The notes: generated by a model not told the origin, from the letters alone. DNA of 32,000 nt from Pyrobaculum aerophilum str. IM2 (GCF_000007225.1 NC_003364.1:1020001-1052000), one strand, 5' to 3'; counted from the stretch's first letter, positions 15,524-24,756 are shown. Translations and numbers: made by a program.

Positions 15524-18262
15524 GTGGAAGAGGCGCCGAGGTGCATTGCGGCAGTGGAGGAGGCAGTCAAGCCGGCAGTTGTAGCCGCCGCGGGCGTTGC
15601 TGGCGCTCTGGCAGTACACGACGGGCTGTACTCAACGGCCGTTGTGTCAGCGACGGCCGCGGCTGTAATACTGGCGAGGGAGGGGGCCTTTGAGAGGGCA
15701 GTGGAGTACGTCAAAAAGGCGGCAGAGGCGGCATATGAAGCCGCGAGAGAGGTATTCGAAAAGGCGAAAGTGATGCTACATAGGCTGTACGAGCTGTTTG
15801 TTGAGGCAGTGGCGAGAGTCCTTGACTACGTCAAGGCGCATTGGTTTATTATCGCGGCGGCAGCGGCTGAGCTAATCGCTTGGGCCGTTGCTCAGCAATT
15901 GGACTTCACGCTGTGGATGGACCACGTCGCGATGCTGGCATCACTCATTTTTGGAGGTGTGAAATTTAGGAGAGAAAGGCCAGCTGGAAGGTCAACTATC
16001 AATGAAGAGGTGCTGGCCACTAAGAGAGGCGCCAGCGTGCTCCCGTTAATTGGCGTTGAAGTAACCTACCAGTTTACTAACGAAGATCTTGTCAACCTGA
16101 TTAGAAGCGCCATTAGCAAAGGCGACGTCCAAATGCTTGTGAAAGAGGTGATCCGGCTACATGGCAACAAAAACATCGACGTAACCACAATAGCAACTCT
16201 TATCGAGTACGTATACCGCGAGCTTCACACCGACATAGTCGCTAGATCGCTCAACGAGTTACGGACAGGGCGCACTTCAGTGAACCTAGACCAGATAAGA
16301 GGAATTTATAAGAGACTTGACGAGCTGGAAAAGTCGCTATACACCTTTGTCCGCGCCTTGAGGAGCCAACCAGTGGGCCTATACCCGGGCAACTTTGAAT
16401 TAAAATGGTTTGATAAAATAGCCAAAGCGCCACTACAACATCTTATCAACTACGGCAGTGCCACTATGGCCGACAAGCTTATCGCCTTTGTGAAAGGGCT
16501 GAAATACGGATCTGCATGGGCGAGGGTGGTGGTAAACGCCTTAGCACAGGGCAAGCTTCTCGAAGTGGTGGAGAAACCGCTTCCCGCCATCGACATAAAA
16601 CCCTACAAGCCCAAGGCTACGGACCTAGCTGGACGGCTGGCCAGTATATACGAGGGCTTCGCCAAGGCGGGCGCTGACAGAGTCGCGATAACTATGACGG
16701 GAAAAGGATATAGAATAGAGGTGGCAAAACAAGGCGCCATGTTAACAGCAGAGTACACAGGGGGCACCACCATAAGAGTGCTAAAAATTTCCGAGGAAGA
16801 TCCCCGTGAAATAATTGCAAAGCTCTTCGACCTCAAAAAGCCAGCTAAGGTGACAGATCCTGGAAACGCTGTAAGGGGGCTCATGGGAGGTTGGCTACAC
16901 ACGGACATAAGCTATGAGAAGCGAGATCACACCTTCTTCGCGACGACCACGAGCGAAGTCCAGGCCCATATATACGCCTCGCTGGGCCTTAAAGTAGGGC
17001 TGGTAAGCGCCTTATCGATATCTTCCGGAGGGGTAAAGCCGGTGTTCTACGCCTCTCTCAGAAAAAGGGAAAAAGGGCCTGCCCTGGAGTACTTCCACTA
17101 CATAAGGACAAAGGCGTTGGAGTTCCACGGCAAGGCAATACCGCGAGAAGTTGTAGGCCTCGCAGAAAGTGCCCTCAGAGAGCTGGTGGAAAAAACGCGT
17201 GATAAGCTGGAGAAGCGCCCAGAGAGGCGTGAAGTGTTTGAAAAGAAGCTGAGATACCTAGCCGAGGTGGAAAAAGCCCTAGAGATACTCAGCGGAAAGG
17301 TGGGGAGCTTGTGCATAACTAACTGCGGAGAACAAGACTTCAAATTAACCTTCGACAACTACCCCGAATACGCCAAACAAATCTACACACTACTAGACGC
17401 CCTCGAAATGGACGAGAAAAACTTCTCCCACTTCCTAACATCGGCAATTATAGCCGACGGGACGGTATACCGCCACCGCGTCCTGCTGACAATAGGCAGT
17501 TTTGAAAGTGGCGAGTTGCCTCTTAACGTCTACCACAAGGTGGCGCTGTGGTTAGCCGTGCTAGCGACACGCGGAGTTAAACCCTACAACGTGTACTTCA
17601 AGCCAAACAAAGCCTATTTAGAGCTTAGGCTTGAGGACTTGCGAAAACATATAGAGACGGCTTGGGAGTTCTACGGTCAAATTTACTCAGCAACAAGGGG
17701 CTTGGCGAAGCCAAGCGACAATATATACGCAAAACTCAACTTCATACAAAAGAAACTAGGCCTAAAGGCGCCAACGACAGAGTATAAGCCGGCTGAATGG
17801 GAATTCAGGAGTAGAGAGGTGGTCGCCGGGCTGAAGCCGCCCCAATTCAAGACCACTATAAAAATTGGCGAAAGGACAGTGGACTTATTCGTCAGGATAG
17901 AGGCATACGTATCACTAGGCGATAGAAAGCTGACAGATCCCAACGACATAGCGGCACAATGCAGAAACAACGAGGAGTGCAAACTCCATATAACAATAGC
18001 TCACGACTACGACGCTTACCCCATAACATTCGGCTGGAGGAGGAACAACAAGGGAGTCTATTACCCGAGGGGGAGCATAAGGCTAGACGACTTTAAGAAG
18101 GCGGTACTCGAAACAGTGTCTGGCACAGCTGTATCAAACGAGCTAAGCACACGCTTCTTAGAAGGCCTCATGCAGTACCGACGGGTACGAGAGGTGGTAA
18201 AGGCGTGGCTAGAGAGCAGGCCGAAAAAAGATGAAAAAAGAGGGGGTTTAGAAAGGCAATAG
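15524..18262 (+). CDS. large orphan protein (possibly paREP2b-like), Ala-rich hydrophobic N-terminus, coiled-coil segments, two LAGLIDADG-like segments
   Basis: 912-aa ORF with GTG start; the exact start is uncertain (in-frame GTG at 15554). TATA-like TTTTTAAAAA lies at 15501..15510. Long uninterrupted ORF with normal codon texture. No enzyme family recognised. Confidence 0.65.
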   Translation: MEEAPRCIAAVEEAVKPAVVAAAGVAGALAVHDGLYSTAVVSATAAAVILAREGAFERAVEYVKKAAEAAYEAAREVFEKAKVMLHRLYELFVEAVARVLDYVKAHWFIIAAAAAELIAWAVAQQLDFTLWMDHVAMLASLIFGGVKFRRERPAGRSTINEEVLATKRGASVLPLIGVEVTYQFTNEDLVNLIRSAISKGDVQMLVKEVIRLHGNKNIDVTTIATLIEYVYRELHTDIVARSLNELRTGRTSVNLDQIRGIYKRLDELEKSLYTFVRALRSQPVGLYPGNFELKWFDKIAKAPLQHLINYGSATMADKLIAFVKGLKYGSAWARVVVNALAQGKLLEVVEKPLPAIDIKPYKPKATDLAGRLASIYEGFAKAGADRVAITMTGKGYRIEVAKQGAMLTAEYTGGTTIRVLKISEEDPREIIAKLFDLKKPAKVTDPGNAVRGLMGGWLHTDISYEKRDHTFFATTTSEVQAHIYASLGLKVGLVSALSISSGGVKPVFYASLRKREKGPALEYFHYIRTKALEFHGKAIPREVVGLAESALRELVEKTRDKLEKRPERREVFEKKLRYLAEVEKALEILSGKVGSLCITNCGEQDFKLTFDNYPEYAKQIYTLLDALEMDEKNFSHFLTSAIIADGTVYRHRVLLTIGSFESGELPLNVYHKVALWLAVLATRGVKPYNVYFKPNKAYLELRLEDLRKHIETAWEFYGQIYSATRGLAKPSDNIYAKLNFIQKKLGLKAPTTEYKPAEWEFRSREVVAGLKPPQFKTTIKIGERTVDLFVRIEAYVSLGDRKLTDPNDIAAQCRNNEECKLHITIAHDYDAYPITFGWRRNNKGVYYPRGSIRLDDFKKAVLETVSGTAVSNELSTRFLEGLMQYRRVREVVKAWLESRPKKDEKRGGLERQ

Positions 18263-20413
18263 ACCTGACGGCCAAATTCCTAGCGCTATATTCGTAGACA
18301 CGATCACATAGGTGAATACCACAGAAAGCGTGTTAAGCACCTTGATAAGCGGGTTTAGAGAAGGTCCAACAGTATCTTTCATGGGATCTCCTACAGTGTC
18401 GCCAATAACGGCAGCTTTATGCATCTCCGTTTTCTTCAATCCCTGTATTTCTATATACTTCTTGGCGTTATCCCACGCCCCGCCTGCGTTAGCCATGAGC
18501 AAAGCCCTGGGCACCCCCGCTACTATTGCCCCCATGATGAGGCCAGCCAGGGCATTCCACCCAAGCAACAAGCCGGTTATTAAGGGGAGGACAATGGCCG
18601 CAAGGCCGGGGATTAAGAACTCTCCCAACGCCCTTCTGGTGGCGATGTCTACAACGCGGGCGTAATCCGGCTGTTCTTTCCACTCTAAGATGCCTGGCTT
18701 CTCGCGGAACTGCCTTCTGATCTCCTCAACTATCTCCATGGCAGTCCTGCCGACGGCCTCGAGAGTGCGGCTACTGAAAAAGTACACAAGCGCTACTCCT
18801 AAGAAGGCGCCTATTAACACGTTGGCGTTAATCAGCTGAAGCCCTGAGAGGCTCTCGCTTATCATATCGACTATACCTTTACCTAAGATTTTCGACGCCG
18901 AGTAAACTATTTCAAAAATTAAAGCGATGAAGAGGACTAACGCCGCGAGCGCCGCGCTGGCTATTGCATATCCCTTAGTAGTGGCTTTTGTGGTATTGCC
19001 GACGGAGTCCAGTACATCTGTGATCTCCCTCACTTCATCTGGCAACCCCGCCATTTCCACAACGCCGCCAGCATTATCGCTTACAGGGCCGTAGGAGTCT
19101 GCAGTTATTATAATCCCCGCCACTACGAGCAGTCCCACGCTGGCCATGGCCGTGCCGAATATCCCAGCGAGATATTTAGAAAGCTCGCCAAAGCCGCTTA
19201 CAGGCACAGTGTAATAACCTATCATGTAGGATATGCCCAGTACGGCGACAATAACCGCTATCACAGGTATTGCGCTCATTAATCCCACGCCATAACCCGT
19301 AATTATTACGGTGGCCGGGCTGATCTTTGCCTGCTCTGCTATTTTTCTAACTGGGCCGTAGTTATAGGACGTGTAGTAATCTGTTATTTTTACAATCAGC
19401 GGTGCGATCACTGCGCCAAGAGACGTAGTTGCCGCCAAGGCCAGCGCTTTCGTGGAGTCCAGTCCTAACGTGAATGCCCCTATGAAAAACAGCACAACAG
19501 AAAGCCCAATTGTTGCATATATAGCTAAACTAATGGACGAAAGCGGGTGTTTAACACCTGTAGTCTTCAGGAGATTTACTCCCGCAAAAGTCGCCACAAG
19601 CGCCAACGCGGCGAAGAGGATTATTGCCTCAATAAATTGCGTGGGCAGACCGAGGATGGCGGCAAGGAATATGGCCGCAGTTACTGTTACTATATACGAC
19701 TCGTAGACGTCTGCCGCCATGCCGGCCACATCTCCAACGTTGTCGCCGACGTTATCCGCAATTACCCCTGGGTTGCGGGGGTCGTCCTCAGGAATGCCGG
19801 CCTCTACCTTCCCAACTAAATCTGCGCCGAGATCCGCCGCCTTTGTATATATGCCGCCGCCAACTCTCATAAACAAAGTAACCAGCGAGGCTCCAAAGCC
19901 TAAGGCCACTAAAGGCACGGCCCAATCATCGGGAAGTACAGATCTGAACACGAGGTAAAACCCCGAGATAAGAAGCAACGCAATGCTGGCCAGGGAGAGG
20001 CCCATGACAGCCCCCGCGCGCCACGACACTAATAACGCCTTGCCCATTCCCCCCGTGGCCGCCGCCTGGGCGACGCGAGAGGCTGATCTCGTCGTCACGT
20101 ACATGCCCAAATAGCCGGCGAGCATGGAGCCCAGCGCCCCCACGATAAAAGCCAGAGCGGTTAGCCCAAACGTTCTGCGCGGCATATCAATTGCAACTAA
20201 TATTAATACGGCGAGTATAACTAGTAGAACTGCCAGCGTCCGGTACTGCCTGAAGAGATAAGCCCTCGCGCCAGTGGCTATGGCCTGTGAAATAAAGCGC
20301 ATTTTCTCGTTACCAGGGTCTTGTCTCAAAACCCACACAGCCAAATACACCGCATATATAACTCCGGAAATTCCTAAAATGACGCCTAGTAAGGCATAGC
20401 TTATCATATTCAC
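18248..20413 (-). CDS. hppA: membrane H+-translocating inorganic pyrophosphatase (V-PPase)
   Basis: 721 aa with about 15-16 TM helices. Signature motifs ADNVGDNVGDVAGMAAD, DSYGPVSDNAGG and GDTVGDPMKDTVGPSLN are present. The start is either GTG 20413 or ATG 20407. Confidence 0.95.
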   Translation of the reverse strand: MNMISYALLGVILGISGVIYAVYLAVWVLRQDPGNEKMRFISQAIATGARAYLFRQYRTLAVLLVILAVLILVAIDMPRRTFGLTALAFIVGALGSMLAGYLGMYVTTRSASRVAQAAATGGMGKALLVSWRAGAVMGLSLASIALLLISGFYLVFRSVLPDDWAVPLVALGFGASLVTLFMRVGGGIYTKAADLGADLVGKVEAGIPEDDPRNPGVIADNVGDNVGDVAGMAADVYESYIVTVTAAIFLAAILGLPTQFIEAIILFAALALVATFAGVNLLKTTGVKHPLSSISLAIYATIGLSVVLFFIGAFTLGLDSTKALALAATTSLGAVIAPLIVKITDYYTSYNYGPVRKIAEQAKISPATVIITGYGVGLMSAIPVIAVIVAVLGISYMIGYYTVPVSGFGELSKYLAGIFGTAMASVGLLVVAGIIITADSYGPVSDNAGGVVEMAGLPDEVREITDVLDSVGNTTKATTKGYAIASAALAALVLFIALIFEIVYSASKILGKGIVDMISESLSGLQLINANVLIGAFLGVALVYFFSSRTLEAVGRTAMEIVEEIRRQFREKPGILEWKEQPDYARVVDIATRRALGEFLIPGLAAIVLPLITGLLLGWNALAGLIMGAIVAGVPRALLMANAGGAWDNAKKYIEIQGLKKTEMHKAAVIGDTVGDPMKDTVGPSLNPLIKVLNTLSVVFTYVIVSTNIALGIWPSGLLPF

Positions 20414-20475
20414 GCAAACATTACGCCCTTTTAAAATTTGCGCACACCGTATATGTAATAATTACGTATACGGGA

Positions 20476-20758
20476 GTCTTTCAAATCTAAATGTACTACG
20501 GAATGTGCTAAATGGCGAGAATGGCATTGGCGGAATACGGCGAAAGGTATACCGAGTCTTTAATTAGCGAATACGCTCTCAAGCACGCCTTCTGGTGGGA
20601 TGGGGAGTGGCGGTGCGAGCCGATATCGTGTTTTATCACAGGGAAAAAGGCAGTGTGCAAGATAGGCGACAAGATGGCGCTTTCCGCGTGCTTGACACGT
20701 CGCAAGGGGGTACCTCAGGCCTGAAATCAAGTTAATAGACGACTGGATAAAAGGCGAC
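20476..20758 (+). pseudogene. decayed, 5'-truncated third copy of the 125-aa family gene
   Basis: It reads ...I*MYYGMC*MARMALAEYGERYTESLISEYALKHAFWWDGEWRCEPISCFITGKKAVCKIGDKMA... TAA codons replace the Glu and Asp codons of LELYYGMCD in the intact copy. A 2-nt deletion (GTATACCTAAGG becomes GTACCTCAGG) shifts the frame before LRPEIKLIDDWIK. It lacks the first ~28 codons. Orientation is inverted relative to copies 1 and 2. Confidence 0.7.
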
Positions 20759-20827
20759 ATGTGTAAAAGTGAAACTCCCAATGTCACTTATACGGAAATC
20801 TTTAAAATCTTATAATTTGCGTGGCCA

Positions 20828-23131
20828 GTGCCACTTGAACGCGTCGTCGAGTTCAGAATCGCCGGCGGGATTGATCTAATCCCTGAATTGATATTTTTCA
20901 TCGGAAAGACCGGCGCAGCCATGTTTGAGGAACGCCCCGAGAAGCTCCCAAGGCCTCGCGACCCCTCGTTTTTCCAAAAGGCGAAGAAAATAGACGAAAT
21001 CCTAAACCAGTTGTTAATTTACGTCCAGCCCCAACTAGTGGGGCTGTCGCTTGAGCCCCTCGAGTCTCAGGTGGAGGCCGTGCTTCAGAAGTTGGGGGAA
21101 TTGCAGAAAGAAGTAGCTTATCACTTGCGCTTAATTGACGAGCTTAGGGCCAAATTGGCAGTTGCCCGCGAGGTGGCGTCGTTAAAAACCGTATCGCCCC
21201 CGAAGACCGACGTCTTAGAACTACTAATAGCGTTGCCCGGCAGGGCTTTAAAAGAGGCTATTGAAATGGCCAAGTCCTTCAACGCCACTGTGGTGCAACA
21301 AGGCGCCGCCCTACTTCTAGCCGTCGAGCGGAGAAATGTCCAACAGCTTAAAGTCGGGCTGGAGAAACTCGGCGCCAGAGTGCTCACTTTACAAGAGGCG
21401 GCTGAGGTCGAGCCGCCGAGCGTATTAGAAGAGCGGTTGAGAAAGGCCGAGGAGGCGCTGACATCAACTATTCAAAAACACAGAGATTTGATTAACTACG
21501 CTTACACTTTAAGAAACGCCGCCGCCGCCGTTGCTGAAGTATTCAATAAGTCTGCAATTGACGAGGGGACAGAGATAGGCCGCCTCTTTAGATCGTTTGA
21601 GAGCGAAATTGCTAGAGTTGAAAAACAACTTTCAGATCTGCGTAAAATCGAGCAAGTGTTAGACGGCTTATCTGATAAAGAGAGTTTAAAACTGCCGGAG
21701 GGGTTTAGGCTCTATATAGAGCCGGAGATGCCCATTAACGCCCCCCACGTCTTGCAGGAAATCAACGGCGTAAAGATTGCCCTGGTCAGAGGAGAGGCCA
21801 AGGGCGTAGAGGTGCCTCCCGAGTACCTAGCCGATATAAAAACCGGGAGGGAGCTTGTGAAAAACGCCATTAAATCCGCCGAGGCCGCCTTACAAAAATT
21901 GAGAAAAGAGTTCGAGGCCTTGGAGAGGCAATACGCTGAGTTTTCCCTATACGCTGACAAGAAGTGGGAGGAGCACGCCGATATAGCCACTGTAATTTTC
22001 TACGTAATAGAGAAAGACGTAAAGAAAATTGACGATGCGCTGGCAGAGTTCGTGAGGCGGAACGCCGCTAAGCTAGACATTATCAGGAGGACGCGTTATA
22101 AATACTTCGACAGCGTTCCCGCCGAGAGGAGGCCTACGTTAGAGAAATACCCAACGCCAATAAGACAGTTTACAAAAATTGTGTATATGTACGGCGTGCC
22201 GAGGCCGTATGAAATAAGCCCAGTGCCCCTTGTGGCGTTGTTATTCCCGACGTTCTTCGGCTGGATGTACGGCGATTTAGGCCACGGGTTTTTACTATTC
22301 CTACTGGGGGTACTCCTCATGACGAAGTTATACGGCGGCCGCCACAAAGACTGGGGAATTATATGGGCAGTCACAGGCCTTGTCGCCATGTTCTTCGGCG
22401 CATTCGTATACCAAGAGGCATTTGGATTCCCGCTGTCGGCCTTAGGAGTGGAAATGCCGATAGCCCCCATACTCCACATGTTCGGCAAGCATGAATTCGT
22501 CGTGGTAGAGGGGGTAATAGAGGCAATTAGAGCCGCGTTCTTGCTCGGCTTCTTCCTGGTGTTCTTGTCATTCGTTGTCAAGTTCATAAACACGTGGCTG
22601 AAGGGAGAGCCCGACGTAGCGCTCGGAGTGATATTGCCTCAAGTCATACTATTCTTCTCACTTGCCATGGTCTTCTTCTCCCTAGTGAAGACGGCACTGC
22701 ACCTAGAGTTCCTCGAGCCCATTCTCCAATTCCCCTGGATATACATCTTTATCGTTGCCTTTTTGTGGAGCGCCGCAGGTGCCTTTGCGCTGAAGGCCAA
22801 GTATAAACACCACGAGGAGGCGCCGCCCGTCACAGAGGAGTTCATACTGGGCTTCGTAGAGGGATCACTGGGCGCCTTAGCTAATATCCCCAGCTTCGCC
22901 CGCCTCGTTATCCTGATATTAATCCACGGCGTACTCACAAAAATGGTTAACAGCGTGGCAATGGCGCTAGGCCCCGCGGGGATTATATTCGCAATATTCG
23001 GCAACTCGCTTATAGCCGCGGCTGAGGGCTTATTCTCCCTAGTGCAATCATTACGTCTGTCCTTTTACGAGATTTTATCAAAGTTCTATGAGGGCAGAGG
23101 TCGCCTATTCACGCCCTTGGCACTGCCCTAA
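20828..23131 (+). CDS. atpI: A-type (V-type) ATP synthase subunit I
   Basis: 767 aa. Soluble coiled-coil N-terminal half plus a C-terminal membrane domain, with SFARLVILILIHGVLTKM and LRLSFYEILSKFYEGRGRLFTPL (conserved Arg-containing helix and terminal motif of subunit I/a). GTG start with TATA-like CTTTAAAATCTTATAATT immediately upstream. Confidence 0.9.
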   Translation: MPLERVVEFRIAGGIDLIPELIFFIGKTGAAMFEERPEKLPRPRDPSFFQKAKKIDEILNQLLIYVQPQLVGLSLEPLESQVEAVLQKLGELQKEVAYHLRLIDELRAKLAVAREVASLKTVSPPKTDVLELLIALPGRALKEAIEMAKSFNATVVQQGAALLLAVERRNVQQLKVGLEKLGARVLTLQEAAEVEPPSVLEERLRKAEEALTSTIQKHRDLINYAYTLRNAAAAVAEVFNKSAIDEGTEIGRLFRSFESEIARVEKQLSDLRKIEQVLDGLSDKESLKLPEGFRLYIEPEMPINAPHVLQEINGVKIALVRGEAKGVEVPPEYLADIKTGRELVKNAIKSAEAALQKLRKEFEALERQYAEFSLYADKKWEEHADIATVIFYVIEKDVKKIDDALAEFVRRNAAKLDIIRRTRYKYFDSVPAERRPTLEKYPTPIRQFTKIVYMYGVPRPYEISPVPLVALLFPTFFGWMYGDLGHGFLLFLLGVLLMTKLYGGRHKDWGIIWAVTGLVAMFFGAFVYQEAFGFPLSALGVEMPIAPILHMFGKHEFVVVEGVIEAIRAAFLLGFFLVFLSFVVKFINTWLKGEPDVALGVILPQVILFFSLAMVFFSLVKTALHLEFLEPILQFPWIYIFIVAFLWSAAGAFALKAKYKHHEEAPPVTEEFILGFVEGSLGALANIPSFARLVILILIHGVLTKMVNSVAMALGPAGIIFAIFGNSLIAAAEGLFSLVQSLRLSFYEILSKFYEGRGRLFTPLALP

Positions 23132-23802
23132 TGGAAATTGTTGCCGAACTCACGCCAATACTATACAGGGAAAAACTGCTGGCTAGGCTAGACGCGCTGA
23201 CGCGGTACGTGGAGAAAGTCGACATCCCTGAGGCTCCTGGAGGGAAGCCCTCTGCCCATTCTATTGCCGTAGGCGCCTTGGCGAAGCAATTAGGCATAGA
23301 GCCAATTGTACACATCAGGCTGTTGGACATAAACATGACTGCTTATAAATCCCTCCTAGGCGGCGCGTACCTGCTGGACATAAAATACGTGGTTGTCCTC
23401 CAAGGAGATCCCCCGGCTGAGGGCAGGCCTGTGGGGGAAATCTCCACAGAGGAGGCCGTGGCCGTGGCGAAGAAAATGGGCTTCAAGGCCGGGGCGCTTC
23501 TAAGTCTGAGGAGGGATTACAAGCAGAGGCTGAAAATAGGCGCCGATTTCTATCTCGCGCTACACCTCAGAGAGGCGGAGCAACTGGCCGACCTTCCGCC
23601 GGTGATCTACCCCTACATCCTAGTAAAGACAGAGAAGAACTTCGATTTATTTGAGCGCCTGGGGCAGACGGCGGTTTCTCCCAGGGAGGCTCTGGAGCTC
23701 GTTCGCAAGCTCGAAGGGCTGGCGCCTGGGGTTGTCCTCTCCGTGCCTAGGGATTTTCAGACATTACTGGGATTATTACAAGAAGTTAAAATAAGGCCTT
23801 AA
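23131..23802 (+). CDS. methylenetetrahydrofolate reductase (MetF)-like TIM-barrel protein, short archaeal form
   Basis: 223 aa. VAELTPI...VEKVDIPEAPGGKPSAHSIAVGALAKQLGIEPIVHIRLLDINMTAYKSLLGGAYLLDIKYVVVLQGDPPAEG follows the MTHFR-family pattern (vdV.d.p.g..r.s......l....g.e.i.Hl..rd.n......l.....gi.n.l.L.GDpP). Its ATG shares one base with the atpI stop (TAATG). Confidence 0.5.
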   Translation: MEIVAELTPILYREKLLARLDALTRYVEKVDIPEAPGGKPSAHSIAVGALAKQLGIEPIVHIRLLDINMTAYKSLLGGAYLLDIKYVVVLQGDPPAEGRPVGEISTEEAVAVAKKMGFKAGALLSLRRDYKQRLKIGADFYLALHLREAEQLADLPPVIYPYILVKTEKNFDLFERLGQTAVSPREALELVRKLEGLAPGVVLSVPRDFQTLLGLLQEVKIRP

Positions 23803-23841
23803 ACTAACGTTAAAGCTTTATATTTTTCAAAAAATACGTCT

Positions 23842-24756
23842 ATGCTTACAATAAGTTTCGTATCGGCCTCCGGCGGGGCGGGGAAGACGCTGTTTTCAAT
23901 CCTAACGGCCGGCGCCCTCGCCTTAAAGGGCAAAAAGGTGTTGCTCATAGATATGGATCCCTCCGCGTCCGCTACTCTTTATCTGCTTGACAAGTACGTG
24001 GATGATTGTAATCTCCAGACGTTGTTGAAAAACCTAGTTGACTACAAGCTGGGCAGAACCGCTAGGCGCATGGACGTCAATGACTGCTTGGCCAGGCATA
24101 AAGTCGCCGGTGCCGAAGTTAGGTTTGACCTACTGCCCGGGGGCAATTTAAGCGATATACAGTCTGAGGTGTTTCAAGTAAGCGGCTGGAATAGGCTTAT
24201 GGACAACCTAGTGTCCCCTATAGAGAGCCGATACGACTACGTCATAGTGGACTCCCCCAATTGGCTTTTCCCGCTTTTCCCTATGACAGTTGGCCTCTCC
24301 TCTCTCTATGTGATCATGACGAGGCCTGGGAAGTCGGAGATTGAGAAAACCAAGATCTTCCTCCAGAGGGTGTTCGCCATTATGGACCGCCAGTTCGGCA
24401 TAGCCCAGCCGCAGACATATGCCCTAGTTGTGCTGAACCAAATAAGACAAAACGCTCAGCCTGATGAGGTAGAGCGCGAGGGGAAGGCCATATACGACGA
24501 ACTTAGCAGGGAATTCCCCGGCATTAAGTTCGCCCACTCGGATAAAAAGGCTAAATACTACAGCGATAAGAAGGAGTCAGCTTTTTGGGGTTTTAAGTAC
24601 TACGAAGACTTGAGATTAGATAGCTACAGGGAAAAGGGTCATGTATTGGCGTCGTCAAAAGTAAAAGATTCTGCCAAGTTACAATTCGAGACGTATCTAG
24701 AGCTATTTACTAAGTTCGTAGAGAAGACGGCGGTTTACGAACGTTTAGTGGAGTAA
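23842..24756 (+). CDS. ParA/MinD-superfamily P-loop ATPase with atypical Walker A and long C-terminal extension
   Basis: 304 aa. ISFVSASGGAGKTLFSILTAGALALKGKKVLLIDMDPSASAT and YDYVIVDSPNW match ParA/Soj Walker A, A' and B. The signature Lys of the deviant Walker A (KGGxGKT) is Ser here. The C-terminal ~90 aa is outside the ATPase core. Confidence 0.75.
   Translation: MLTISFVSASGGAGKTLFSILTAGALALKGKKVLLIDMDPSASATLYLLDKYVDDCNLQTLLKNLVDYKLGRTARRMDVNDCLARHKVAGAEVRFDLLPGGNLSDIQSEVFQVSGWNRLMDNLVSPIESRYDYVIVDSPNWLFPLFPMTVGLSSLYVIMTRPGKSEIEKTKIFLQRVFAIMDRQFGIAQPQTYALVVLNQIRQNAQPDEVEREGKAIYDELSREFPGIKFAHSDKKAKYYSDKKESAFWGFKYYEDLRLDSYREKGHVLASSKVKDSAKLQFETYLELFTKFVEKTAVYERLVE

Noticed and set aside
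15493-15714. 73-aa Ala/Thr-rich minus-strand ORF
   Set aside because: It is antisense to the Ala-rich N-terminus of the 912-aa gene. GCN-rich sequence is open on both strands.
18248-18262. 15-nt convergent overlap between the 912-aa gene and hppA as a regulatory feature
   Set aside because: Short convergent 3' overlaps are common in this compact genome, and nothing else distinguishes the site.
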